64,000 nucleotides of DNA, taken from the sequence record OM386654.1. One strand, written 5' to 3'. A model generated the notes under the pieces. The model saw only the letters and a list, made by a program, of their open reading frames with translations. It did not search any database and was not told where the DNA came from. The stretch's first letter is position 1, and each line of letters starts with the position of its first letter. Origin of the DNA: Escherichia phage vB_EcoM_ESCO9. Of this stretch, positions 45,986-55,607 are shown one piece after another. A program made the position numbers and the translations under genes.

Positions 45986-46696
45986 TTATTTTTTACCATC
46001 TGCACTGTGATCACTAAGATGTTCTGTACCAGTTGCTTTCCCTGTTCTTGCATCCAAATCAGCATCTGGACTAGTACCTTTCTTGTTTTTAACACCTGTA
46101 TTCTTATTTGGTTTTGTCTTAAGTGCAATAGCATTTGTTTCCCCGTAAGAAACTAATCTTACTTGTTCAAATTCCAAGTCAAATTGCATTGCATATTCTG
46201 TTTGATATTCATATGATATGCCTTTCAAAATAACATTCTCATACACCTTATGTTCTGTTATTAAAATAATAGGCTGTCTTTCATCAAATATTTTATCTAA
46301 GTAAGTAATTGCTTGACTGATACGAGTACCGTTAACACCAGCACTATATAGCATATCTCGCATTAATCTTACAGGTGTCTCTGTAATCATTCCTGATAAA
46401 GAGAAAGTATTATTCTTAACTTGAACGTGATCCGATACATTAGCACCATTTTCTACAGGATAGCTAGTAACATCTGCTTGACGTTTTACACCGATATTTG
46501 GAACAGCATCAAAAACTATAGCTTGGTAGTTTTGAATATATTGATCACTTGCACTATTGTAAACACTTGCTAAAATACAAAAACCATTCTCCCCTTTCAC
46601 AGTAGAGGCAGAGTTATTTGTGTTTTTTGTAGAATTTATATCTTGTTCCGCTTTATAAACCGCTTGAACGTGTTGTTCTGGAGTGTTTGCTGCCAT
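45986..46696 (-). CDS. Hypothetical tail protein (236 aa)
   Basis: ORF downstream of tape measure. Confidence 0.4.
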   Translation of the reverse strand: MAANTPEQHVQAVYKAEQDINSTKNTNNSASTVKGENGFCILASVYNSASDQYIQNYQAIVFDAVPNIGVKRQADVTSYPVENGANVSDHVQVKNNTFSLSGMITETPVRLMRDMLYSAGVNGTRISQAITYLDKIFDERQPIILITEHKVYENVILKGISYEYQTEYAMQFDLEFEQVRLVSYGETNAIALKTKPNKNTGVKNKKGTSPDADLDARTGKATGTEHLSDHSADGKK

Positions 46697-46780
46697 ATAA
46701 TTTTACCTCTTAATGTGATAAGAAACATTCTCCCTTATCACTCATTTTATCACGAAAAACAACTCTTTGTCAAGACAAAT

Positions 46781-46805
46781 AAAAAGCCCCGCCGAAGCGA
46801 GGCTT
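46781..46805 (-). terminator. Intrinsic terminator on minus strand after tape measure gene (GCCUCGC-UUCG-GCGGGGC + U-tract)
   Basis: Hairpin with G-U pair and UUCG loop followed on the minus strand by TTTTTATTT. Confidence 0.5.
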
Positions 46806-46811
46806 TATGCA

Positions 46812-48791
46812 TTAACCACCAGTAGAAGATTGTCCACTGCTTAACTGAAGAGTTAAACCTTGTGAGAAGTTACTAAAACTGGTATTCATTGTCGCATCTA
46901 GATAATTACTAAAACCATAGCCATCTGGAATAACATTAATCTGGAATGCGTTATCTGGGATAACAACCGTATTCTCTACACTTAATGGTACTGGAACACC
47001 TTGGCGTGGTGTTAGCATAGATGCTGTTAAATCAGGTCTATTGTAACCGATACTAGAAGCACTTGGGTTTAAGGCACTAGTTAAGAAACTACTATCAAAG
47101 TCACCTAAAGGTTGATTTTCAGGTTTATATTGATCTCTTCCAATAGGCCAATAAGCCCAAGGATTACCACCAACCTGTGCATCGTACCCATACTGCGTAC
47201 CATTATAATAATCTCTTACAGCTTCTTTAGTATTGTTTTTTGGCCCAACCTTATTTGAAAAATCAAGGAAATATTTCGCAATTTTTGCAAGGCTACTTAC
47301 AATACTACCAGACATTTCACCAAGACCACGAGCAGCTTCTTGGAAAGTTTTCATATTCTCTGCAAAATCTGGTGCAGATTTTAAACCATCCATGAATCCT
47401 ATAAGTAAGTTATTGGTAAAACCTTCTCCTGCTGCACTAATTTGTGCTCTTAGCTTAACAAAATCTTGTGCTGCTTTGATGTTTTCATCGTTAAGAGTTG
47501 CTCCTGAATTTTTTAACATATCCAAGACTTTCATGTACTCTTTACCGTTATCCAAAAACATACGTTGGTAGTGCATTAAGTCATCACCAAGGTTTTCCAT
47601 CAAACGACCAATTTGCGCGGAGTTCATTCCTCTTTTTTGACCTTCATTAACAAGTGCTTGAACAAAGTCTAAAGGTCTGTTCTGGAATTTAGCAACGTCT
47701 TCTTTTGACCAACCAAATTGGTTCATGATTTCATTAATACCACTATCTCCACCTTTCCATTTACCTGATTTTTCATCAAATTCAGAGTGGAGTACAGTAT
47801 TACCTAAACGTTCACGAACGTCTTTAATATTGTCAATGGCTTTAATAATGCTGGCAGAGTCTACACCGTTCATCTCACCCCAAGTACGCATTGTTAAAAT
47901 TGCATTAGGGTTTACCTGTACGTTCTGACCACCTTTACTAACCATATTAATACGTTCTGCCGCAGTTGTGATACTTTCAGCTATTTTGCTTATACCTTGA
48001 TATAAACCAGCACCTAAAAGAGCAGCACCAAACATAGCAGGGTTAAGAGCAATAGCAGCATTACCTACACCAGATAGCTTACGTTGTCTATCTCGTTGTC
48101 TTGCTTCTTTCTCTCTTCTTTGCTGACGTTCGAAATCCTTTCTTTCTCTTTCTCGGATACGCTGTCTTCTTTTATCTTCTGCTTCTTGCAGACGGGCAAT
48201 TCTACGTCTAGCTCTCTCTTCATCAAGAAGTTGTGCATTCTTCTCTCTATGAGATCTGCGTAGTTCTTCTAACTGTCTAGCCAAAGTATTATTCATTTGT
48301 TGGCTAGTGATTACACCTTTACGATAAAGTTCAACAGTTTCTTCTACAATCTTTTTAGATTTTTCTAGAATTCTGCTGTCTGCTTTTGTAAAAGGCATAG
48401 CTTTAAAACTAAAATCGTCTTGCTTCATATTAGCAAGTGCTGCACGTTTAGCGGCGGCTTCTGCGGCTCTTTCCTCTGGTGTCTTACGTCCTCCAGAAGA
48501 TCCAGAACCACCTCTACCACTTCCTCCTTTTCCACCACCACTTGAACCTCCGGTTGGTGGGATTGGTGGAGGATTACCGCCGCCAAGACCTGACATTTGC
48601 TGCCTTATTCTTTTAGCATACTCTTCCATACTTTTAAACTGACGACGCATTTTAGTCATATTTAAAGATGGTTCAATAGATTCTGTAAAAGTTTTAAGGT
48701 TTTTAATTGCGTCTTTAGTATTTTTTAAACTGTCTTTATCTACAGTAAACGTTACTGTATTCTTAATCTTGGAAGTGTTAATTTCTAACAA
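46812..48791 (-). CDS. Tail tape measure protein
   Basis: 659 aa; Gly-rich tract (GGGNPPPIPPTGGSSGGGKGGSGRGG) and Arg/Glu coiled-coil region; position after tail assembly chaperones. Confidence 0.6.
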   Translation of the reverse strand: MLEINTSKIKNTVTFTVDKDSLKNTKDAIKNLKTFTESIEPSLNMTKMRRQFKSMEEYAKRIRQQMSGLGGGNPPPIPPTGGSSGGGKGGSGRGGSGSSGGRKTPEERAAEAAAKRAALANMKQDDFSFKAMPFTKADSRILEKSKKIVEETVELYRKGVITSQQMNNTLARQLEELRRSHREKNAQLLDEERARRRIARLQEAEDKRRQRIRERERKDFERQQRREKEARQRDRQRKLSGVGNAAIALNPAMFGAALLGAGLYQGISKIAESITTAAERINMVSKGGQNVQVNPNAILTMRTWGEMNGVDSASIIKAIDNIKDVRERLGNTVLHSEFDEKSGKWKGGDSGINEIMNQFGWSKEDVAKFQNRPLDFVQALVNEGQKRGMNSAQIGRLMENLGDDLMHYQRMFLDNGKEYMKVLDMLKNSGATLNDENIKAAQDFVKLRAQISAAGEGFTNNLLIGFMDGLKSAPDFAENMKTFQEAARGLGEMSGSIVSSLAKIAKYFLDFSNKVGPKNNTKEAVRDYYNGTQYGYDAQVGGNPWAYWPIGRDQYKPENQPLGDFDSSFLTSALNPSASSIGYNRPDLTASMLTPRQGVPVPLSVENTVVIPDNAFQINVIPDGYGFSNYLDATMNTSFSNFSQGLTLQLSSGQSSTGG

Positions 48792-48810
48792 GGGTAATCC
48801 TCCGTATTAC

Positions 48811-49038
48811 TTATGAATCTGGAATTAATTTTTTCATAGCCGTATCCAGTTCTCTTATTGTTCTCTGTTGACCACGTTTAATATCCGCATCTTTAACGTG
48901 AAGATCTTGTACATAATCTTCGAATGTTAAATATTCATAAATTTTAAGTAGATAATCTACACCATAATTATCTAACGAGGACAAGGTTTCGGAGGTATTC
49001 TTAATTACCTTACAAAGAATTACTTCATACCATGTCAA
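48811..49038 (-). CDS. Tail assembly chaperone-like small protein (75 aa)
   Basis: Position between tube/chaperone and tape measure. Confidence 0.35.
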   Translation of the reverse strand: MTWYEVILCKVIKNTSETLSSLDNYGVDYLLKIYEYLTFEDYVQDLHVKDADIKRGQQRTIRELDTAMKKLIPDS

Positions 49039-49085
49039 GCTAAGGGTTTGTGAGGCAATTTCAATTGCTGATTTAATTGCCGGAC

Positions 49086-49568
49086 TTAACTCTTCGCTAG
49101 AGTCTCTATTCCTTGAAATTGGGTCAACAGTTTTCCGAAACCTCGTTTGAAAAAAGGGGCATAGTTCACCTCAAGAACTTTTGCAGCTAAGTCAACAACT
49201 AATTCTGGGTGAGCAAAAAACAATTCATCAAAATTATCGGAAACACTGTGACCTGCTTCTGTGTAAACTTCATCTAAAATTTTACGTAAGAATGCGGCTA
49301 AGTTTTTTTCTTCCAGACCACTGAATAACTGGATCAGCGCCATAGCAATACGAGCTTCTAGATCTTCATCTGCTGACATAAGAGCAGTATTATACATTGT
49401 CATAGGAACAGCTAGTACACTACCTAGTTCTGGAATCCTTTCAAAAACTTTAGTTGGACTCCACTTGAGAACTCTAAATTTTACACTGCGTCCTTCATCC
49501 AGATCAATTTCAACCATTACTTCTGGACGAGCAAATTTTGCAATAGTATTATCTTTTTGTTGTTCCAT
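49086..49568 (-). CDS. Tail assembly chaperone (160 aa), tentative
   Basis: Acidic protein immediately upstream of tape measure. Confidence 0.4.
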   Translation of the reverse strand: MEQQKDNTIAKFARPEVMVEIDLDEGRSVKFRVLKWSPTKVFERIPELGSVLAVPMTMYNTALMSADEDLEARIAMALIQLFSGLEEKNLAAFLRKILDEVYTEAGHSVSDNFDELFFAHPELVVDLAAKVLEVNYAPFFKRGFGKLLTQFQGIETLAKS

Positions 49569-49585
49569 TATTTCCTCTCTCTTTA

Positions 49586-49612
49586 AAAATAAAGGGCATT
49601 TCTGCCCTTTTT
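49586..49612 (-). terminator. Intrinsic terminator after tail tube gene (AAGGGCA-GAAA-TGCCCTT with flanking A/T runs)
   Basis: Perfect 7-bp hairpin immediately downstream of tube stop, U-tract on minus strand. Confidence 0.5.
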
Positions 49613-49613
49613 A

Positions 49614-50093
49614 TTACTGAATAGTTAGAGCACTAATAGAGTTAAGTGCGTTAACACCAACACCTACAGTAGAACGAAGTAGGCTTGCATCTTTAAGACC
49701 AATTACCCATTGGTTTTCTTGAATAGTTTCACCAATAGTATCGTCCGGTTGGCTTTGAATCCAACCAATTGTGCTGATATAATATCCGCGAGGGTCTTCT
49801 AGATATACGCTAAATGCTACTTGACGAGTAGAATACATCGTTTGTGCATAAGCAGCAAGAACTTCGTTTGCTGGGGAAGTACGTTGCAGTGACATTGTTA
49901 GCGTACCTAAGCGGTTACGACTAAGCGCCAAGGAAACGTCACCATCAGTACCTGAATATGGGTTGATGATATCGTTAGTTTTGTTAATAACAATTTTGGT
50001 ATCTGCGGCGAAACCCCAAGGTTCCCAACCACCCAAAGACAGGATTACTTGAGAAGGATCATAGGCCATTACGCCAGTAAGCATTTTATCCAA
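49614..50093 (-). CDS. Tail tube protein
   Basis: 159 aa ORF directly downstream of sheath gene. Confidence 0.5.
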   Translation of the reverse strand: MDKMLTGVMAYDPSQVILSLGGWEPWGFAADTKIVINKTNDIINPYSGTDGDVSLALSRNRLGTLTMSLQRTSPANEVLAAYAQTMYSTRQVAFSVYLEDPRGYYISTIGWIQSQPDDTIGETIQENQWVIGLKDASLLRSTVGVGVNALNSISALTIQ

Positions 50094-50125
50094 AGTGGAT
50101 CTCCTTTTATACTACTTTTCATATA

Positions 50126-50150
50126 AGCGGGGTTGCCCCCGCTGCTTTTA
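50126..50150. other. Stem-loop AGCGGGG-TTGC-CCCCGCT between sheath and tube genes
   Basis: Perfect 7-bp inverted repeat; T-run only on plus side. Confidence 0.35.
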
Positions 50151-50151
50151 A

Positions 50152-51558
50152 TTATGAAGATACAGTAGAGCTATTGGAATTCTGGCTATTTGCAGTGCGG
50201 TTCGTCAGAACGTTTACCTGCACTTTAACATAGTGGAAGAATCCAGCATATACGTATTCAATAACCATACCATCAACCAAACGTGCATTGATTTGAGCAT
50301 CAGTCATATCTGCACGAGATGGGATATAGATAGTAGGTTTAAGGCTTACCAGAAGTCCTGTTTCCTCTGAAGTTACTACCTCATTGGCAATAGAACCATT
50401 GTTAATACCTACTTGGATTGGGTTTGCAGTAACAGCCTGACGAATCAAAGCAAGACCAGCAGAAGTTGCTCTAACACCGCTACCAAGCATAGATTGCTGT
50501 TTAAATAGAGTGAACAGAGATTCTTCTACGCGAGCTTTGAACCACAGAGCGTGTACCACATAGTCAACATAGAAACCACTAACCATGAAACCATCACGGT
50601 AGAACAGAACACCGTGTTCTTTACGGTAAATATTACCATTCTGTTGAACGATAAAGTTTTCTGCTGTCTGACCAAGTTTTTCAATCTCGATACCAACAAG
50701 GGTTTTACCATGCAGGGTAGTAGTACCTGGTGTTGCAGAGCAGATAGAACCAACTACAGCAGCCTCTGGGAACACTGTATCAGCGTTAGTCATCCACAAT
50801 GCCATACAAGTGTTATTGTAGCCCATATCACCTAAGCGTTCTAGAATGTTATCTTCTTCTTTAGTTAGAACACCTGGTTGCGAGGTAGAGAAGAAATACA
50901 CTTTATCATGCTCTTCTACATAACCTGCTAGATCGATAATATCTTGTTCTGCGTGAGAATCAGATAGTAACCAGAACCAACTGTTTTCATAATCTGCAAT
51001 TTTAGTAATATCTTCTAAGATATCATTTGCATATTCTACTTTAGTTGTGAATCCTGAACTATCCATAGTAGCGTATTTACCTGCAACTGGGGTTACAGTG
51101 ATAACACTACCATCATTTGATACAGTGAAGAATTCTTTATACACTGTGTCTGCGTTGATCATTTCTGTTAAACCAACAACAATCTCTTGCGCAGTTGCAG
51201 TATCATCGGCAACAAACTTGAAGTCCTTGCTTTTTGAATTTGCTTTAATAGTGATAACGTAAGTTGCACTATCTTCAACTACTGGAGTTAGAGTCGTTTT
51301 AGAAACATCACGCTTACCGACGATAACTTGTTCTGGTGCGAACAGACCGTCAAATAGTAGTTTTGCCATTTTATAAGCTGGATCGGCAGTGCCAAAACCT
51401 GCTTGCAGAAGTGCGTCTGAAGAAGTGAAATAATCTACAAGATTGCCAGTAACGTTATGCCCTGTAAGAATTAGAGGGATATCAAACTGTGTTTCACTAA
51501 TTGAAGTAGCACCGTAGGTAAGGGTTACGGAAACTACCTTATCACGAAAAGTTGCCAT
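50152..51558 (-). CDS. Tail sheath protein
   Basis: 468 aa ORF upstream of tube; sheath-tube-chaperone-tape measure order. Confidence 0.55.
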   Translation of the reverse strand: MATFRDKVVSVTLTYGATSISETQFDIPLILTGHNVTGNLVDYFTSSDALLQAGFGTADPAYKMAKLLFDGLFAPEQVIVGKRDVSKTTLTPVVEDSATYVITIKANSKSKDFKFVADDTATAQEIVVGLTEMINADTVYKEFFTVSNDGSVITVTPVAGKYATMDSSGFTTKVEYANDILEDITKIADYENSWFWLLSDSHAEQDIIDLAGYVEEHDKVYFFSTSQPGVLTKEEDNILERLGDMGYNNTCMALWMTNADTVFPEAAVVGSICSATPGTTTLHGKTLVGIEIEKLGQTAENFIVQQNGNIYRKEHGVLFYRDGFMVSGFYVDYVVHALWFKARVEESLFTLFKQQSMLGSGVRATSAGLALIRQAVTANPIQVGINNGSIANEVVTSEETGLLVSLKPTIYIPSRADMTDAQINARLVDGMVIEYVYAGFFHYVKVQVNVLTNRTANSQNSNSSTVSS

Positions 51559-51578
51559 TTATGCTCCTGTTAGAAACT

Positions 51579-52280
51579 TTATTCCAATGAATTATCCGTT
51601 GGGATATACTTAATTAATGATCCATCATCAGTCGTCGTAAAGTAATAAGTTTTACTTCTGTGAGCAACAATGTAAATCTTATCCAAAGGAAGATCTATTG
51701 GAGTAGGATCATCGTAATCATCTCTGAACGAATGAATGTTCATATTAATTGCTTCAATTTCGGTAGTTACTAAATCCTCAATAACCATCGTAGTATTGAA
51801 TGTAAGAAATATTCTCGCTCTTTGTTCAGTTTTATCTCCATCCAGAACAGTGTTAGCCTGTGCAACATTTGTTGCAGATAAGAAGCTAATACCTTTGGAA
51901 TAAAGATACTGGTATTTTAATTCATCTGCACCACGAAGTGCCGCAAGAACATAACTTAAAAGTGTCATGGGTCTTCCTCTAAAAGCCATAAGTTCTATTT
52001 CATACTTATTGTCCATTAGATAGGAAAACGCATCTTCACTAAAAGAATATTTTTGTGACCAACCACCTGAATCATCAGATGATACAATACGTAATGTCAG
52101 ATATGGGGTTGTTGGTTTAACAAATGGTTTATCCATAGCATAAACCGGAAGCCCCACTAGTCTTTGTAAGAACTTAGCGATATTTAATAATATCGTATTT
52201 TCATACAATTCAATTTGTTCATAGATATTAGCCAAAATTACCACCCTCCTCAGAATATGAATAGGTGTTATTCTGGTCAT
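51579..52280 (-). CDS. Head-tail joining/tail completion protein (233 aa), tentative
   Basis: Position between head genes and sheath. Confidence 0.35.
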   Translation of the reverse strand: MTRITPIHILRRVVILANIYEQIELYENTILLNIAKFLQRLVGLPVYAMDKPFVKPTTPYLTLRIVSSDDSGGWSQKYSFSEDAFSYLMDNKYEIELMAFRGRPMTLLSYVLAALRGADELKYQYLYSKGISFLSATNVAQANTVLDGDKTEQRARIFLTFNTTMVIEDLVTTEIEAINMNIHSFRDDYDDPTPIDLPLDKIYIVAHRSKTYYFTTTDDGSLIKYIPTDNSLE

Positions 52281-52644
52281 CTAGAATAGCAACACAATGT
52301 GTGTGTATTAAGAAAGATGTTCTTGTCCAGTCTTTCAAAGAATAAATGGAAAACCATTGTCCATCTATTAGTATTTGGTCAGATAATTGATCTGATCCTT
52401 GCTGGATGCCTCTGATTTCTGTTTTTGTCCAGAAGCTATATTGTGCCTTAGATCTGTATCCTTCTGGCAGTGCTTGAAGTGTTCTACCTGATATTGGTTG
52501 CAAACTTGCAGCCTCTATTGTAAAGTCTTCGTATGCTACTGTATTACCCATATTGGAAATTGGCGAATCAGGATCTTGAACATAGGTTCTTTTACGACCC
52601 TGATACGTTGTAAGATCAAGGAGAGTAAATTGGTCTAATAGCAT
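52228..52644 (-). CDS. Hypothetical head-tail protein (138 aa)
   Basis: ORF; 3' end overlaps next gene start. Confidence 0.35.
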   Translation of the reverse strand: MLLDQFTLLDLTTYQGRKRTYVQDPDSPISNMGNTVAYEDFTIEAASLQPISGRTLQALPEGYRSKAQYSFWTKTEIRGIQQGSDQLSDQILIDGQWFSIYSLKDWTRTSFLIHTHCVAILDDQNNTYSYSEEGGNFG

Positions 52645-52688
52645 TGTATCTCCTTTTTAGTATACATCAAAAACAGACTTATTGCAAG

Positions 52689-53177
52689 TTATTTTTTAGA
52701 ACGACCCTTCTTGATTTCTGATTCAATACTGTTAATTAAGTGTCCAGTATCAATAAGAATATGAGAAGAGTAGTTACCTTTATCTCTACGGATTTTAATA
52801 GTCACAGGAGATAGTGGTCTATAACGTTGCAGAGCAATCGCTTTAGCAATAGATTCTCGTGAAACTTTTGCAATAGGTTCAAAGGCAGCTAAACCCCTTC
52901 CACGAAGTAAATAATTTCTAAACACTTCATCAAAATGTTTAGGTATTTCTTTGCTGGCGTGGACTGCACCATCTGTTAAAAACGGACGTGCAGGAGTATT
53001 GTTTGTTTCATTACCAAATTGTTGTATGGCAGCAATTGCAGGGATAGTGAGATCTGATTCTGGATGGCGAACAGCAGTAAGAAAACCAGCATCTATTTCT
53101 ATATTATCCAGAGCCAGCATTTTACTAAAATATTCATCTAACGACATATCATCGCCACGTTTGATCTCACATTTCAT
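52689..53177 (-). CDS. Hypothetical head-tail protein (162 aa)
   Basis: ORF in connector region. Confidence 0.35.
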   Translation of the reverse strand: MKCEIKRGDDMSLDEYFSKMLALDNIEIDAGFLTAVRHPESDLTIPAIAAIQQFGNETNNTPARPFLTDGAVHASKEIPKHFDEVFRNYLLRGRGLAAFEPIAKVSRESIAKAIALQRYRPLSPVTIKIRRDKGNYSSHILIDTGHLINSIESEIKKGRSKK

Positions 53178-53725
53178 TATTTATCCCTTCTGTAGTAACC
53201 AATGGGGCCATAGTTTCTGGCATACTTGATATTTCTCGTGTGTCGATCTACACTGCCAACACCACCTAAACCATTTACTGAATTAGGATCACTGTTGACA
53301 CGATCAATTTCACGAGCATCAACACCACCAACTAATACTTTACTCGTTACACCTCTACCAGAAGTACAACCAGGTATCATCATATCACCATCAAGATATC
53401 CTTTATAGATATTTTCCCAAGGTGAGATGTATTCTGTCTGTCCAGTACCAAAGGTTACTTCAACCTGTACTTCGCCAACTTTCTCTTTTCTAGAAAGAGC
53501 ACCACCTGTCTGTGTATTATGATTTAGTACGTCTGTATTCCACAAATATTCAAGTACAGAGATCAGACTGTTCCACAATACGGCACATTTATTGGCATCA
53601 TCATTTCCTAGCACATCTATCCACGTTTGAATGATCTGTTCAATCATTGCATCAGGAAGCGTTTCTTGTGAAGGATTAAACACCAATATGCGGATCATAG
53701 GTACAAGGTCACTAGCTACAAGCAT
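53177..53725 (-). CDS. Hypothetical head-tail protein (182 aa)
   Basis: ORF in connector region. Confidence 0.35.
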   Translation of the reverse strand: MLVASDLVPMIRILVFNPSQETLPDAMIEQIIQTWIDVLGNDDANKCAVLWNSLISVLEYLWNTDVLNHNTQTGGALSRKEKVGEVQVEVTFGTGQTEYISPWENIYKGYLDGDMMIPGCTSGRGVTSKVLVGGVDAREIDRVNSDPNSVNGLGGVGSVDRHTRNIKYARNYGPIGYYRRDK

Positions 53726-53737
53726 GTAAACCTCCTG

Positions 53738-54106
53738 TTACTTTTTAGTGCGCTGTGCACGTTTCTTTGCTGGTGTGTCTACTGCTTTAACTTCAATTTT
53801 ATCTTGCGTTTTTAATTCTACAGGGGCATAATCTTCATAGCTAACGAGATAGTAGCCAGGATGTTCTTCACTTCCGAAAGGATGAACCTGAATCCCTGTC
53901 TCTTCACGTAGACGAACTAAGAAGTGAATAAAGTTACCGCCAAGGGCTACTCTACCATCTGTAGTATAGAATGACATAGGTGGAGCAACACTAAGTGTCT
54001 TACCTGCATCTAAGGCAGGAGATAGTGAAGCAAAATCCATAATCATTTCATGGTAGCTAAAATATGTTTTCAGTACAGCGTTACCCATAATCGTGTTTCC
54101 TCTCAT
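53738..54106 (-). CDS. Hypothetical head completion protein (122 aa)
   Basis: ORF immediately downstream of capsid gene terminator. Confidence 0.35.
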   Translation of the reverse strand: MRGNTIMGNAVLKTYFSYHEMIMDFASLSPALDAGKTLSVAPPMSFYTTDGRVALGGNFIHFLVRLREETGIQVHPFGSEEHPGYYLVSYEDYAPVELKTQDKIEVKAVDTPAKKRAQRTKK

Positions 54107-54124
54107 TGTTAGTGGGACACATAA

Positions 54125-54158
54125 TAAAAAAGCCCACCCGCAAGGGGCAGGCTTTTTA
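54125..54158 (-). terminator. Intrinsic terminator after major capsid gene
   Basis: GC-rich imperfect hairpin (GCCTGCCCC-TTGC-GGGTGGGC on minus strand) followed by TTTTTTATTAT. Confidence 0.5.
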
Positions 54159-54173
54159 GAATCCCGTTAAGGA

Positions 54174-55175
54174 TTAAGCAGTAGTCAGTTTAACTACCAG
54201 TTCTGGACGGGTATTAACCGCCAGCAGGGAGAATTCAGACTGTAGCTGTACAGTGCGGTGTTCAGATACCATAAAGGTATACAGATCACGAGCAACAGTG
54301 TTAGCCAGTTCTGGAGTATCCGCTGGAGCATAGTGCGCCTGGAACATATCTGGAATACCCATTGGCAGAACAAACGCTTCACCAGCAGGGATGTTACCGT
54401 GGATATCTTCGATGTAGGTTACACCATTCCATTCGAATACCTGAACGTCCATATTACCGCTTAGGCGGTCACGCAGAAGGTTCGGAGTACCTTGGAAGTA
54501 TTGATAAGCCTGGCGAACAAACGGAGAGTTAACCAGAGAAGCAAAGAACTCACGAGAGCACAGAGCAACGATACGAGTAGCGGTAGAACCGTCTTGTTTC
54601 TGATCGATGATGTATGCACGAGCTTCTTTCTCAATGGTAGCAGCCGGAGAAACAGTAGTAGAAGCGAAATCTACAGATACTGATTTCTGGGTAGCACCCC
54701 ATTCGGTGTACCAGTTGTATGCAGAGTTAGCTGCACCACCAACACCATTGTATGCACGACCCATTACTGCTTCTGCAAAGATTTTTTCTTTAGTTTTTGC
54801 AACATCACGCAGGATTTGAGTCATATAGCGGTTAACAACTTCCGCTTCGGTACGCAGGTTATCATTGATGCCACCCATAGCGAAGCTACGGAAGGATTGA
54901 ATATCCTGTGCCTTAATGTTCTTATCCAGAGGGAAGAACGGAATACGGAAGACTTTAACGCTTGGAGCGTCCATAGTCAGGAAGTTACGCTCACCACCAC
55001 GTTCACGTGCTGGGATCAGACCATCTGCATTTTTCTGTCTGCCAATTTCGATAGCAGTGGTAGCATGATACTGAACATCAAACAGGTTCAGACTTGCGAT
55101 AAGTGTATCAGGAGTTTCTTGTAGCTCAATCATTGGGCTAAAGTCAACAACCTGATCTAAGATAATAGCTGGCAT
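54174..55175 (-). CDS. Major capsid protein (tentative)
   Basis: 333 aa ORF downstream of scaffold/decoration genes, followed by strong terminator; order portal-scaffold-capsid. Confidence 0.55.
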   Translation of the reverse strand: MPAIILDQVVDFSPMIELQETPDTLIASLNLFDVQYHATTAIEIGRQKNADGLIPARERGGERNFLTMDAPSVKVFRIPFFPLDKNIKAQDIQSFRSFAMGGINDNLRTEAEVVNRYMTQILRDVAKTKEKIFAEAVMGRAYNGVGGAANSAYNWYTEWGATQKSVSVDFASTTVSPAATIEKEARAYIIDQKQDGSTATRIVALCSREFFASLVNSPFVRQAYQYFQGTPNLLRDRLSGNMDVQVFEWNGVTYIEDIHGNIPAGEAFVLPMGIPDMFQAHYAPADTPELANTVARDLYTFMVSEHRTVQLQSEFSLLAVNTRPELVVKLTTA

Positions 55176-55196
55176 GTATAAATCTCCTATTAAAAA

Positions 55197-55589
55197 TTAA
55201 GAAGTGAAAACAACTTTTTCAGTCAGTTTCAGATCGTGAGTTTCCAGTGCTGCAACGCCAGCGTCATCAATCAGATCACCACTCTTGTAGTAAACTGCAT
55301 AACGGTTGAGAGTCAGGTCACGTACACCAACAACTGCGGTGAAAGTGTCACCTACTGCAACATCATCGATCCCGAACAGTGCGTCAGTCCACAGCAGAAC
55401 TTTAACAGCTTCACCAGCAGAAGCAGCTTCTGTGTTGTCAGCTTTCAGTACAGAACCAATTTTCATGGTTGCAGTTTTAACCAGGTTCACTTCACGAACA
55501 CAGTGACCTAGGTCAGAACTAAATACTCCACCCAGAACAAGGTGTCCAAATTCCTGGCGGTAGTTTGATAAAGAAATTCCAGTTGCCAT
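55197..55589 (-). CDS. Capsid accessory/decoration protein (tentative)
   Basis: 130 aa ORF between scaffold and capsid genes. Confidence 0.3.
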   Translation of the reverse strand: MATGISLSNYRQEFGHLVLGGVFSSDLGHCVREVNLVKTATMKIGSVLKADNTEAASAGEAVKVLLWTDALFGIDDVAVGDTFTAVVGVRDLTLNRYAVYYKSGDLIDDAGVAALETHDLKLTEKVVFTS

Positions 55590-55607
55590 TAATTAAATCT
55601 CCTTAGA

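Noticed and set aside
51579-52644. 52-nt overlap between ORFs 52228-52644 and 51579-52280 as a programmed frameshift site
   Set aside because: No slippery heptamer was recognised in the overlap; more likely the upstream gene's true start is an internal start codon or the overlap is genuine but unremarkable.
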